From Deltaproteobacteria bacterium (GTDB lineage: Bacteria > Myxococcota_A > Polyangia > Fen-1088), in NCBI GenBank assembly GCA_033763315.1, contig JANRKS010000024.1, forward strand, positions 1 through 64,000: 64,000 nucleotides of DNA, written 5' to 3'. How positions within the stretch are numbered: the first letter of the stretch is position 1; each line of letters begins with the position of its first letter. The position numbers and the translations under genes are program-made. Below the pieces are notes generated by a model. The model made no database searches. It was given only the letters and a program-made list of their open reading frames with translations, and was not told the DNA's origin. Shown piece by piece: positions 40,125-49,646 of this stretch.

Positions 40125-42136
40125 GTTCCTGATCGAAATGAAATACGCACGGACGTGCCACGCGGCACTTGTCGCAACGGTGTCACGCTTTGTTCGTAAG
40201 CCACACCCGAGCCCTGCGGCACCACTTCAAGGCCGAGCGATAAGGCCTCGGTCAACGACTGCGCCAAGCTCATGCCGGCAAAGTTGGGCACACTCACCAT
40301 CACGTCTTGCTCAACCTCGGGGAGTTCTCCATCCAACGGGAAAAATTCCTCCTCGCTCAACACATAGGTGTCGCTGCCGAAGCCTTCGCTGCCACCCTCC
40401 CCGTCAACCGGCGCATCCATCGCAACCAGGGGCGTGTTCTCCACCTCATCAGGGTGCGTGGGCGGAATGTTCAGATACTTCAACGCCGCTTCGGCGATGT
40501 CATGAAAGACCGGTGCCGCCACCTTACCGCCCAGGTGCGTGGGCCGCGGCTCGTCCACAAACACCGAGATCACCAAACGCGGGTTGTTCACAGGAACAAT
40601 GCCCACAAACGACGCCAGCCATTTGTCAGGATCATAACGACCGCCCGACACTTTCTGCGCGGTGCCCGTTTTGCCCGCCACACGATAACCTTGAACGGCA
40701 GCCAATTTCGCAGTGCCCTTGGGCGTGGGCACGCCCGCCATCACTTCAAGCAGCATCCGCGCCGCTTGCTCTGAAACCACACGGCGAGAGGCCGTCGGGT
40801 TGTGCAAGGGCTCAACGTGACCATCGCCATCCACCACGCGCAAGCCAAGCTGCGGCGGGTGATAAACCCCGCCCGCCGCCACAGCCGCAAACGCCGCCGT
40901 AATCTGCAGCGGCGTGGCCGTGAGCCCTTGGCCGAACGCCACGTTGGCAAAACCAATGTCACCCCAGCGGTCAACTTTACGCACCAAACCGCCGCGTTCA
41001 CCCGGCAAGCCCACACCCGAGCGTGTGCCAAAACCAAAGCCCTTGAGCGCCTCGGCCAGACGTTCTTTGCCGATGCGGCGTGCGATCTTGACCGTGCCAA
41101 TGTTGCTCGATTGTTGATACACCTCGGCCGCCGTCACCGTGCCCAGTGAGTGCGTGTCGCGAATCGTGTACTTGCCCACCTTCATGCGGCCCATCTCACA
41201 ATCAATCAACTCGTCCGACTTCAAACGCCCCGCATCGAAGGCGGCCGCGAACGTGAACGTCTTCATTGTGGAGCCTGGCTCAAACGCATCCGTGATCACG
41301 CGGTTGCGGGCGCCGCGCTCGTTGGCGCCATCGGGGTTGTTGGGATCAAACGTGGGCAGTGACGCCATTGCCAAGATCTGCCCCGTGGGCACATCCATCA
41401 TCACAGCCATCGCTGCTTTCGCGTTGTGCTCTTTGAGCGCCTTGGCCAGCGCCGTTTCGGTGACCAACGTCAGATACGCATCCAACGTCAGCACCACGTC
41501 TTGGCCGATGGATTCCGAAATATCCAATGAGCCGTCGACGAGCAATTCGCGGCCCAATGCATCCTTGACGCCTTGGAACGTGGTCTCGTGCCCGCGCAAA
41601 AAGCTCTCGTAACCAAGCTCGATGCCCTCAAGCCCGCGGCCATCTGAGCCCGCGTGGCCGATGACCGTGGCCCCCAAGGATCGCAAAGGATAAAACCGCC
41701 TCGGCTCGGCGCGAAAGTTGATGCCCGGCATTTGCAAGGCACGCACGGCCGCGGCCTCTTGCGGTGTGACCTTGCGCTTGAGCCACGCAAAATAGCGGCG
41801 TGGTTCTAAACGACGCCGCATCTCTTTGACATCCATCTGCAGCGCCGCCGCCAATTTCACGGCCGCATCCGGCACGTGCGCCAACACACGTGGGTTCCCA
41901 AACACGGATTCGACGTGCGCCGTGGCGGCCAGCTCTTTGCCATTGCGATCAAGAATGCGTCCGCGGCTCGGCGGGATCTCAATCGACTTCAAATAATTCT
42001 GATCCGCGAACTCTTTGAGCTGTTCGCTCTTCTTGACCTGCAACGTATACGCCTGGCGCGCCACCCACAGCACCATCACGCCAAACAGCACGCCACACGC
42101 CACGATGCGCGCCCGCGTCCATCGGCTCACCGTCAT
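40121..42136 (-). CDS. ftsI: Division transpeptidase PBP3 with C-terminal PASTA domain
   Basis: RGRILDRNG, EPGSTMK (SxxK), SSN (SxN), GKTGTAQK, VPNFAGMS PASTA. Confidence 0.95.
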   Translation of the reverse strand: MTVSRWTRARIVACGVLFGVMVLWVARQAYTLQVKKSEQLKEFADQNYLKSIEIPPSRGRILDRNGKELAATAHVESVFGNPRVLAHVPDAAVKLAAALQMDVKEMRRRLEPRRYFAWLKRKVTPQEAAAVRALQMPGINFRAEPRRFYPLRSLGATVIGHAGSDGRGLEGIELGYESFLRGHETTFQGVKDALGRELLVDGSLDISESIGQDVVLTLDAYLTLVTETALAKALKEHNAKAAMAVMMDVPTGQILAMASLPTFDPNNPDGANERGARNRVITDAFEPGSTMKTFTFAAAFDAGRLKSDELIDCEMGRMKVGKYTIRDTHSLGTVTAAEVYQQSSNIGTVKIARRIGKERLAEALKGFGFGTRSGVGLPGERGGLVRKVDRWGDIGFANVAFGQGLTATPLQITAAFAAVAAGGVYHPPQLGLRVVDGDGHVEPLHNPTASRRVVSEQAARMLLEVMAGVPTPKGTAKLAAVQGYRVAGKTGTAQKVSGGRYDPDKWLASFVGIVPVNNPRLVISVFVDEPRPTHLGGKVAAPVFHDIAEAALKYLNIPPTHPDEVENTPLVAMDAPVDGEGGSEGFGSDTYVLSEEEFFPLDGELPEVEQDVMVSVPNFAGMSLAQSLTEALSLGLEVVPQGSGVAYEQSVTPLRQVPRGTSVRISFRSGT

Positions 42137-42630
42137 AGGTTGCCCTCCCCTGACGCGTGACCATGCGCCTCTTGCGAAGCCGCTTCGGCCTTCTCGGCTT
42201 TGTCAGCCGGGCCCGCGAGACGCGCGGCCATACGCGCGCGCAGTTCGCTGACGGGCACAATGTCAGCGGCTGAAGGCGGACCCAAGCCCAGCTTCTCACG
42301 CGCCACTTCCATGATGCGCGTGGGATCTTTGAGCACGCCCACTTCCAACACCAATTGCCGCCGTTGCTCTTCCAAGCGGGCCCGCTCTTTGCGCGCTTCA
42401 CCCAGCTTCAACGCCACCTCAAGATGCTTCAGATGCACGGCCACGTGCCCTAACGCGCCCAGCGTAAGCCCCAACAAAACCAAACACGCCACCCCCGTGC
42501 CGGGGCGACGCCGTCGCGCGTTGGCTTCGCTCACCGGGGCCCGCGCCGCCGAGATCGCCGAACGCATCGGCAGCGCCGGCGCCGGGCCTGGTGCGCTGCT
42601 TCGCGGAGGCAAGCGATGCGCCAGATTCAT
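42133..42630 (-). CDS. ftsL: Cell division protein FtsL-like
   Basis: Single TM, leucine heptad coiled coil, DPTRIMEVAREKLGL, located between rsmH and ftsI. Confidence 0.82.
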   Translation of the reverse strand: MNLAHRLPPRSSAPGPAPALPMRSAISAARAPVSEANARRRRPGTGVACLVLLGLTLGALGHVAVHLKHLEVALKLGEARKERARLEEQRRQLVLEVGVLKDPTRIMEVAREKLGLGPPSAADIVPVSELRARMAARLAGPADKAEKAEAASQEAHGHASGEGNL

Positions 42631-43565
42631 GCCGCTGCCTTTTCTGCCGCCCGCAGCTTGGCCGACCGTGAACGCGGGTTGGCCAAACGTTCTGGCTCTT
42701 CGGCGATCACAACTTTCTTCGTCAGCACCTTGAGCGCAGGATCGCTCTTGCCCCGCACGTGTTCATCCGCCAACGCCTTGAATTTGCGTTTCACCATGCG
42801 GTCTTCAAGCGAATGAAACGTGATCACCACCATGCGCCCACCCACCGACAAACGTTTGGGTGCCGTGGCCAAGAAGTGGTCAAGTTGCCCAAGCTCATCG
42901 TTGACCACCATCCGCAGCGCCTGGAACGTTCGCGTTGCCGGATCTTTGTGATGCTCACGCCGAGGCACACCGCGCGCCACCGCCGCCGCCAACGCCGTGG
43001 TGGTCGTGAGTTCGCCCGCGTCGCGCGCCTGCATCACCGCGCGTGCGATCGACCGCGCGTACCGATCTTCGCCAAGCTCACGTATGATCTGCGCCAGCGC
43101 ATCAGCATCCAATCGCGCCAACAATTCATCCGCCGGCTCGCCGCGCGTGGGATCCATCCGCATGTCCAGAGGCCCTTCGCGGCGAAACGAAAAGCCACGC
43201 GCCGCCTCGTCCAACTGCACGGACGAGACCCCCAAGTCCGCCAGGCAACCATCCACTTGATCCACGCCCAAGCGATCAAGCGCCTGCGGCAGATCCGAAA
43301 ACGGCGCGTGCACGAACGTCACACGATCGCCAAACGGCGCCAGCCGCTTGCGGGCGAACGCCAACGCAGCCGGGTCACGATCTAGACCAATTAAGCGCCC
43401 ATTCGGTCCACTTCGCTCTAAGATGGCCTCCGCGTGACCACCAAAACCCAAGGTGCAATCGCAATAAATGCCCCCCGAACGCGGGGCAAGCCACTGCAGG
43501 ACCGGCTCCAAAAGGACCGGGACGTGCTTGACTTCGAGCGTTATTTCGGGACCAGACGAAGGCAT
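42627..43565 (-). CDS. rsmH: 16S rRNA m4C1402 methyltransferase
   Basis: HVPVLL, DCTLGFGGH, DLGVSSVQLD, PLDMRMD, FQALRMVVN, FHSLEDR, NPRSRSAKLR. Confidence 0.97.
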   Translation of the reverse strand: MPSSGPEITLEVKHVPVLLEPVLQWLAPRSGGIYCDCTLGFGGHAEAILERSGPNGRLIGLDRDPAALAFARKRLAPFGDRVTFVHAPFSDLPQALDRLGVDQVDGCLADLGVSSVQLDEAARGFSFRREGPLDMRMDPTRGEPADELLARLDADALAQIIRELGEDRYARSIARAVMQARDAGELTTTTALAAAVARGVPRREHHKDPATRTFQALRMVVNDELGQLDHFLATAPKRLSVGGRMVVITFHSLEDRMVKRKFKALADEHVRGKSDPALKVLTKKVVIAEEPERLANPRSRSAKLRAAEKAAA

Positions 43566-43765
43566 AAGATGCAAAAAAGCGGCAACGAAAGGGAATACCA
43601 AGCGCCACCCAGACGTTCAAAACGGGGGGCAACACAGAGCCGGACGACACCACCATGTTCGCGCCGCCCCCACCCCAGTCAAATTTCTCAACAGCGCTTT
43701 TCGTAATGATTGCAAGAGCCTGCAGCGCCAAGGGCGGGAGACCACACACAACACACACAGCGCAG

Positions 43766-43872
43766 GGATTCCATTTACACGTCTGGAAATGTAATCCAAA
43801 TACCTAGAATTATTGGCCTTATTGGCCGTAAGTGGGCTTGACTTAAGGACATTTTTTTCTTAGACAAGTCCC
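43766..43872. promoter_or_regulatory. Divergent dcw/fic promoter region with inverted and tandem repeats
   Basis: GGATTCCATTT-N10-AAATGTAATCC (43766-43797), TTATTGGCC x2 (43810-43827), and imperfect dyad GGGCTTGACTTAAG...CTTAGACAAGTCCC containing a TTGACT -35-like hexamer. Confidence 0.5.
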
Positions 43873-43898
43873 TCCAACGCGTGAGGTAAGGAGTGGTT

Positions 43899-44663
43899 AT
43901 GGACGCGAAATTGTTCGAGCTCGACACAAAGATGGAGGCGCTTCGGGGGCAGATGGCGAGCTTTCCGGACAACATTGTGCGCGATTACCAGGAGCGCCTG
44001 GACGTGTCGTGGATCTTCCACGAGTCCGCGCTTGAGGGTGTGGTGCTCTCTTATTCGGAACTCAAAGCCGCCATCGACCACCGGATCATCAGCGACGTAT
44101 CGCTGATCCCGATGTACGAGGACGTTAAGAACCTCAAACTCGCAACGGACAGCTTGCGCGAACTCTTGGGCAGCAAGAAGCCGCCTGAGCCAACGTTCGA
44201 TCTGGTGCGCAAGCTTTATCTGATGATCACGCCCGACGGTGGCGCCGGTGCGCCCTTCCGCAAGGAAAACCCGCTGCACCGCCAGTATTATCACGAGATC
44301 GCGCAGCCTGATAAGATCGCGCCGCGCATGAAGAAGTTCACCGAGTGGTTGGAATCGCCCGACTACACCGAGCTTCACCCCTTGGCCCGGGCCGCACGTT
44401 TGCAGCACCAGTTGTTGTCCATTTACCCGTGGACCAAGAACACCGGTCGCGTGGCGCGCCTCATCGGCAATTACATCCTGCTCAAGGCTGGCTTTCTGCC
44501 CGCCGTCATCCACAGCATCGAGCGGCAACGGTACTACGATTCCCTTCGCCACGAGAACGATGGTCTCCTGCAGCTTTTGGTTGAATCGATGGAAAACAGC
44601 ATCGATACCTCCACGCGCTTCTTCCAAGAGATCCAAGGTTTGGCCGCCCGTCGCGCAAGCTAA
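43899..44663 (+). CDS. Fic domain protein with non-canonical active site
   Basis: WIFHESALEG N-terminal helix, HPLARAA, and YPWTKNTGRVARL where HPFxDGNGRxxR is expected. AAGGAG RBS. Confidence 0.85.
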   Translation: MDAKLFELDTKMEALRGQMASFPDNIVRDYQERLDVSWIFHESALEGVVLSYSELKAAIDHRIISDVSLIPMYEDVKNLKLATDSLRELLGSKKPPEPTFDLVRKLYLMITPDGGAGAPFRKENPLHRQYYHEIAQPDKIAPRMKKFTEWLESPDYTELHPLARAARLQHQLLSIYPWTKNTGRVARLIGNYILLKAGFLPAVIHSIERQRYYDSLRHENDGLLQLLVESMENSIDTSTRFFQEIQGLAARRAS

Positions 44664-44762
44664 GGCGCCGTGCTAATCAGGCGTTGCGTTTGGCTTTCCG
44701 CCAGCGCAACGCCTTTTTTCGTTGCCCCTCGCCTATGACGGGCCACGACCCCGAAGTTCGCC

Positions 44763-46397
44763 GTGGCTCTGCCTTTTCACATTCGCCGCCTGTGGTCCCG
44801 GATCGACACCGATCTGCGCGTGTTCTTGCTCGGCTACGCCGTGCTGCTGCCGTTCTTCTTGGCGCCGCTGGTGTTCACGAAGTACCTGCCGGGCCTCGAC
44901 CTGCCGTTTCACTTGTCGACCGCCGACCTGCTGAGCAAAGGCGTGGGCCCGGAATCTCCGTACGCCGGTTACTACGAGCTGCGGAACCTGTGGGCGCCCT
45001 ATTCCGCGCATTACATCGCGCTTATCGTGTTGGCCAAGCTTGTGGGCAGCATCGCGCTGGCCCACAACGTCGTCGCTTGTCTTTACGTTGCCAGTTTGCC
45101 GCTGACGTTGGGCGCTTTTTTGGGCGTGTGTGGCAAAAGCCGCATCCCCGCACTGCTCGCCTTTCCTCTTGCCTATAACCTCTGCCTTCACTACGGCTTC
45201 TTCAGCTTCTGTTTGTCGCTGCCTGCGCTGATGGCGTTGTTCGCGGCGCTGGCGTACCACCTGCAGCGACCAAGCTTTTCGTGGTGGTCGTGGGCAGCGT
45301 GTGCGGCGGCCGGCGTGTTCCTATTTTTGTGCCATCTGCAGAATCTGCTGTTTGGCCTGTGTGGGGCCGCGGTGCTGTTGGTGTTTTGCCGGGCTTCAGT
45401 GAAGCGCCGGTTGAACACACTGGCGGCGTTAGGGCCAACCTTTGCGTCGCTGCTTTACTGGAATTGGCACGCGAGTTTCACGGCGGATCCGAATGAGCAG
45501 AAGAATACGCTGCGGTTTGCGTGGGAGGCGCTCAAGGCGGCGCGGCTGATTGATTTGGGGAAGCGGACCTGGGGCGCTGACCTTGCAGACCGCATGGTTG
45601 GCATGCTCCCGGTGTCGGTGATGCGAGGCTTTAAGGACATGAGTGACGTGGATGGCTTTCACGCGCTGATGGCGGTGCTCGCGGCTTATTTCCTCATGGG
45701 CGTGATTGGTTATGCCGTGCCCCGCAGCCTCAACCCAAAACCCACCTTCACCTTTGCAGGCGGTTTGTTGATGCTGGGCAGCTTGGTTGCCTACTTGGCG
45801 CTGCCCCATCACCTTTGGGCGTTTGAGCTCATGACGTTCTTCCCGCGCTTCAGTGTGTTGGTCGTGCTGCTGCTAATCGCTTTGGTTCCCGCGGGCTTGC
45901 GGCGCGTGCCTTGGCAAGCGGCCTTACTGGCCCTGGTGCCTGCGCTCGTGTTGGGGGTTCAGTATGGGCGCAATGTGAATCGGCAGTACCACGCGTATAG
46001 AGACGAGATTAAGGACTTCGTCACAGTGCTCAGCCAAACCCCACGCGACGGCAAGCTCATGGGAATCATCTTCGATCGAGCATCAAAGGTAATGCGCATC
46101 GAATCGGCGTTGGTGGGGCTGCCGGGGTTTTATGTAGCGACGAAGCCTGCGCCGCACACTGCGGTTCCGATTCATTACTGCGGCATGAGGCATATGCCCT
46201 GTGCGGTCGCTAAGCCGATGCCATGGCCGGGGCCTTGGAATTCGGTGCCATTTATCTGGGACGAGGCGTACGCTGCGTTTGACTATTTCTTGATACGTCA
46301 TGGCACGCCCGCGCCCTCGCTGCTTGGCCCGCTTGCGAACAGGGTGACACTCAGTCACCGGCAAAGGGAATGGGCGGTTTTCAAGAAGAAACGTTAA
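44763..46397 (+). CDS. Multi-pass membrane protein, probable GT-C fold
   Basis: LPGLDLPFH loop after TM1, YGFFSF, FLCH, FPRF, and a periplasmic C-terminal domain ending FDYFLIR. Confidence 0.6.
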   Translation: MALPFHIRRLWSRIDTDLRVFLLGYAVLLPFFLAPLVFTKYLPGLDLPFHLSTADLLSKGVGPESPYAGYYELRNLWAPYSAHYIALIVLAKLVGSIALAHNVVACLYVASLPLTLGAFLGVCGKSRIPALLAFPLAYNLCLHYGFFSFCLSLPALMALFAALAYHLQRPSFSWWSWAACAAAGVFLFLCHLQNLLFGLCGAAVLLVFCRASVKRRLNTLAALGPTFASLLYWNWHASFTADPNEQKNTLRFAWEALKAARLIDLGKRTWGADLADRMVGMLPVSVMRGFKDMSDVDGFHALMAVLAAYFLMGVIGYAVPRSLNPKPTFTFAGGLLMLGSLVAYLALPHHLWAFELMTFFPRFSVLVVLLLIALVPAGLRRVPWQAALLALVPALVLGVQYGRNVNRQYHAYRDEIKDFVTVLSQTPRDGKLMGIIFDRASKVMRIESALVGLPGFYVATKPAPHTAVPIHYCGMRHMPCAVAKPMPWPGPWNSVPFIWDEAYAAFDYFLIRHGTPAPSLLGPLANRVTLSHRQREWAVFKKKR

Positions 46398-46479
46398 GCC
46401 CTCGGCGTGACCATCCTTTGTCGTGAGCCTAGAGCCATCCACACGCTCCTCTGCTTTGCGTGAAAGAACGCACCCTTCA

Positions 46480-48063
46480 TCACGCGTCGGCCGACGGAAT
46501 CTCAGGGCTTCGCGCTACGACCAGGCGCTGCCAAAATCGTGAACGGAGAATGTGATTGCCCGACCAGATGGTTGCGGTGATGGCGACGCCGGCGGATGCA
46601 AGGTGAGCCCAAACGCCCGGGAGCAAGGAGGGTCCAATCGTAAAGAGCAATCCGCAGATCAAGAGGCACCATTGGGGGCCACGCAGGGAATAGCTCAATG
46701 ACCTTTGGGCGATGAATACAAGGACTCCGAACGCAACAGCGTTGGAGCAAATCATGGCCATCCCTACGCCTTCCACTCCGAGTCGATTGGGAATGGTGGT
46801 CAAGAAGAGAATGGACGCTGCGGCCGGAACCACCTGCGCCAGCAGAAAGGATCGCCCTGAAAGCTGGGCCATAACGGCGTACGCAAGGGATAGGGACGCA
46901 AACCGAATAACCTCGGCCGCGAGCAGCCAGGTAAGCGCGGGGACGGCCGGCAAGAAAGACTCGGACAAAAGTATCGGAATGACGAACGGCGCAAGGGCTT
47001 TGACGACAAGGATGACGGGAAGCGAAAATATCAAAGCCACCTTCATCTGCTCGTCGATGGCTCGGTGGAGGTCGGGCTTCGTTCTTAGTGAACTGATGCG
47101 CGGCAAGTAGTCTTGCCCCAGTGCCACTGCAATGGCTCCCAAGACCCCTGCCGTGATGCTCATGGCGGCCTGAACGAAGCCCAGTTTCAGCTTTCCAAGG
47201 GATGGAATGAGCAAAGAAGGAAGCAGGTACTGAATGCCCACCCCCACCAAAGAACTCAACGCAATCGGTAGGCCCTTCGAGAGGGCGCGTCGAGCGGCCT
47301 CCCACCGCGGCAAAGCAAAGCCAAATCCAATTGTGCTCCACGAGAACCCAACAGTGACAGTCCAGCGAACGAGAGCGCCTAGGGCGGTGGCCGGAGCGAT
47401 GGCACGCTCACCATGAGCCCACACCAAGCCAATAGAGACGGTCGCAGATAATACGCCGCTCAAAACGTTGATCGCGGCGATGGCGGCCATCGCCTGATGA
47501 GCATTGAGGGCCGCCATTCTTAGATTCGCCGAGATAGCGAAGCTCAGGGCCAATGCACACCAAACAATCTGCCCATCGGCGGAGCCTGCGCCCAGAAAAA
47601 TTGAACTAACTCCGTTGCGAAGCACCACCATCGACAGGCCGCAGACGGCAGCCATAGCCAGGGCCAGCGTTGCCACCTCGCGATAAAACTTTTTAAAGTT
47701 CCGATTCTCGTTATCGCTGCGCTCCGCGAGCAACCGCGCGCCATCTCTTATGACCACGTTGCCCAGTCCCAGCTCTGCGATGAGAGCGACGAGCCCCACC
47801 ACGCCCTGAACCAATGCGAGCTGCCCAAAGCCCGTGGGCCCAATCAAAAAGGCAAACAGTTTCGCCGTCGCCAATCCTACGGCCACGGTGATGAGAGATG
47901 AACCAGTTAGCAGAACGATGTTCTTCAAACGGAGCTGCCTACGGATGAGGCCACTGGGTAAAGCACCCCTGGGGCCCGGCCACAATACTCGATTAGAAGC
48001 CTTGACTGCCTCAAATGTTGCGGCTGTGCTATGAGCAGGAACGCTCAGAAACCGAAGTTCCAT
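46480..48063 (-). CDS. Wzx-type oligosaccharide flippase
   Basis: K.FA..IGPTGFG, ELGLG...IR, QDYLPRIS, about 12-14 TM helices. True start may be about 100 bp further in. Confidence 0.82.
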   Translation of the reverse strand: MELRFLSVPAHSTAATFEAVKASNRVLWPGPRGALPSGLIRRQLRLKNIVLLTGSSLITVAVGLATAKLFAFLIGPTGFGQLALVQGVVGLVALIAELGLGNVVIRDGARLLAERSDNENRNFKKFYREVATLALAMAAVCGLSMVVLRNGVSSIFLGAGSADGQIVWCALALSFAISANLRMAALNAHQAMAAIAAINVLSGVLSATVSIGLVWAHGERAIAPATALGALVRWTVTVGFSWSTIGFGFALPRWEAARRALSKGLPIALSSLVGVGIQYLLPSLLIPSLGKLKLGFVQAAMSITAGVLGAIAVALGQDYLPRISSLRTKPDLHRAIDEQMKVALIFSLPVILVVKALAPFVIPILLSESFLPAVPALTWLLAAEVIRFASLSLAYAVMAQLSGRSFLLAQVVPAAASILFLTTIPNRLGVEGVGMAMICSNAVAFGVLVFIAQRSLSYSLRGPQWCLLICGLLFTIGPSLLPGVWAHLASAGVAITATIWSGNHILRSRFWQRLVVARSPEIPSADA

Positions 48064-48925
48064 GACACCCGTGCCCCCAGGTTTGGCGAAGAGCCGCCTC
48101 ACAATCGTAATCGTACTTTACAAAAAGGCGTTGGCTGACAGCAGCACCTATAAGAGCCTGAAGAAACAGGCCGACGACGACCAGATTCTTGTGTACGACA
48201 ACAGCCCTACGACGCTGCACCCCGAGCCAGCCAACGTCGTATATGTCCATGACGCGACCAATGGTGGGCTGACCGCCGCGTATGGTTGGGCCCAGCGGAT
48301 CGGAAACGAACGCGGTTCCGAGTGGCTTTTGCTTCTAGACCAAGACACGGACCTTCCAAGCGACTACGTGAAGTGCTTCTTGGCGCACGAACGTACCTTC
48401 GCCAGTGACACGGTGGCAGCCATTCCCACGGTGGTCAGTGGCGGCAAGGTGGTGTCACCACGAGGTGTTGTCGCCGGTGTTCCAGGCATCGGCGATTTGC
48501 CCAAACACAAGTGGGGCGTCTGCAAAAATGAGCTCACAGCGATCAATAGCGGCTGCTTTGTGCGATTGTCATTCTTGAACGCCATCGGAGGGTTTTTGTC
48601 CCGCAATAACCTGGATGGCGTGGATCGCTTTTTCTTTTCACGCGTGTACGCCGCAGGCAGGAATGTCTTTCGCTTGCCCATCTCGATTCAACACGAGCTC
48701 AGCATCTCCGACGTCTCGTCCATTGGTCAAGCCAGGTGGCAAAGCATTCTCAGCGCGGAGGTTGACTTTTACCTCACAAAACCGCCGGCGACCCGGATGC
48801 TGGCAGCTGCGCTCATACTTTTGCGAGCAACGTCGCCAAGGTCACGCATTGGTTTGACGGCCAGGAAAATTACCTTGAGTCAATGGCGTCGGCTCGCGCT
48901 TAGCTTTGTGAGGCGGCCCTTTTAA
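48062..48925 (+). CDS. GT2 glycosyltransferase (rhamnosyltransferase-like)
   Basis: VIVLYK, VYDNSP, NGGL.AAY, WLLLLDQDT, AINSG, LDGVD, H.LS. Confidence 0.85.
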   Translation: MTPVPPGLAKSRLTIVIVLYKKALADSSTYKSLKKQADDDQILVYDNSPTTLHPEPANVVYVHDATNGGLTAAYGWAQRIGNERGSEWLLLLDQDTDLPSDYVKCFLAHERTFASDTVAAIPTVVSGGKVVSPRGVVAGVPGIGDLPKHKWGVCKNELTAINSGCFVRLSFLNAIGGFLSRNNLDGVDRFFFSRVYAAGRNVFRLPISIQHELSISDVSSIGQARWQSILSAEVDFYLTKPPATRMLAAALILLRATSPRSRIGLTARKITLSQWRRLALSFVRRPF

Positions 48926-48935
48926 CGCAGTCGGT

Positions 48936-49640
48936 TCACTCGTTCTTCTTGGGGTACATGGTGTCGGTGATCTCATCCACCGGAACGTCCCACATGAGCC
49001 GTGAATCTACCTCACCCACCTTTACTGCCTCCATAACGACGGTCAGATTCACATTGTAGAAGCCTAAAGTTGCGTAAGGAATCGCGAGGACCAAAGGTAT
49101 AAGCCGCGCAGGCAGGCCCTCCTTCACGGCCACGATGTCGAAACCCGTTGCTTTGTTGAACAGCGCGCGCATGCCGTTCTCCTGGTAACGGAAGAAGTCC
49201 CATGGCAGTTCATGAGCCGGCCACGTGGGGTGCGTTGCGATGAGCACGCGACCGCCAGGCTTTAGAACCTTGTTCATCTCCATGGCCACTTTCCATGGAA
49301 AAATGAGGTGCTCAAAAACAGCAACCGAGACGACCGCATCGAAGGATTCCGCAGCGAAAAGCTGCGACAGCTTGTGTGCGTCGCCAACGACATCCACATT
49401 CTCGCCCGGATGGATATCGAGACCAACGTATTCGAAACCCGCCAGGTCTTTGCGGAGAGGGTTCCCCGTGACATTGCGCGAACCAACCTCAAGAACCCGC
49501 CCGCCGGGCTTTTCGGTCTTGAGCCTCTCAATGAACGAGGGGTAGAGGGCAGCAGAAGGATCATTTTGCGGCCTGACCGGCTTCAGGCGGGAGATGCTTC
49601 TTGCCAATGCGCGCAGCTTTTCGTTCATGCGGTACCTCAT
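48936..49640 (-). CDS. Class I SAM-dependent methyltransferase
   Basis: VLEVGSRNV, YVGLDIHPGENVDVVGDAH, VFEHL..PW, LKPGG, HELPWDFFR. Confidence 0.85.
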   Translation of the reverse strand: MRYRMNEKLRALARSISRLKPVRPQNDPSAALYPSFIERLKTEKPGGRVLEVGSRNVTGNPLRKDLAGFEYVGLDIHPGENVDVVGDAHKLSQLFAAESFDAVVSVAVFEHLIFPWKVAMEMNKVLKPGGRVLIATHPTWPAHELPWDFFRYQENGMRALFNKATGFDIVAVKEGLPARLIPLVLAIPYATLGFYNVNLTVVMEAVKVGEVDSRLMWDVPVDEITDTMYPKKNE

Positions 49641-49646
49641 AACACT

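Noticed and set aside
37405-44636. Long antisense ORFs (37405-38628, 40096-40902, 43860-44636)
   Set aside because: These are typical stop-poor shadow frames opposite well-supported high-GC genes.
48061-48064. Flippase and GT2 sharing a CATG as back-to-back start codons
   Set aside because: Flippase-like sequence only begins about 100 bp further in, so the true start is probably downstream and the overlap coincidental.
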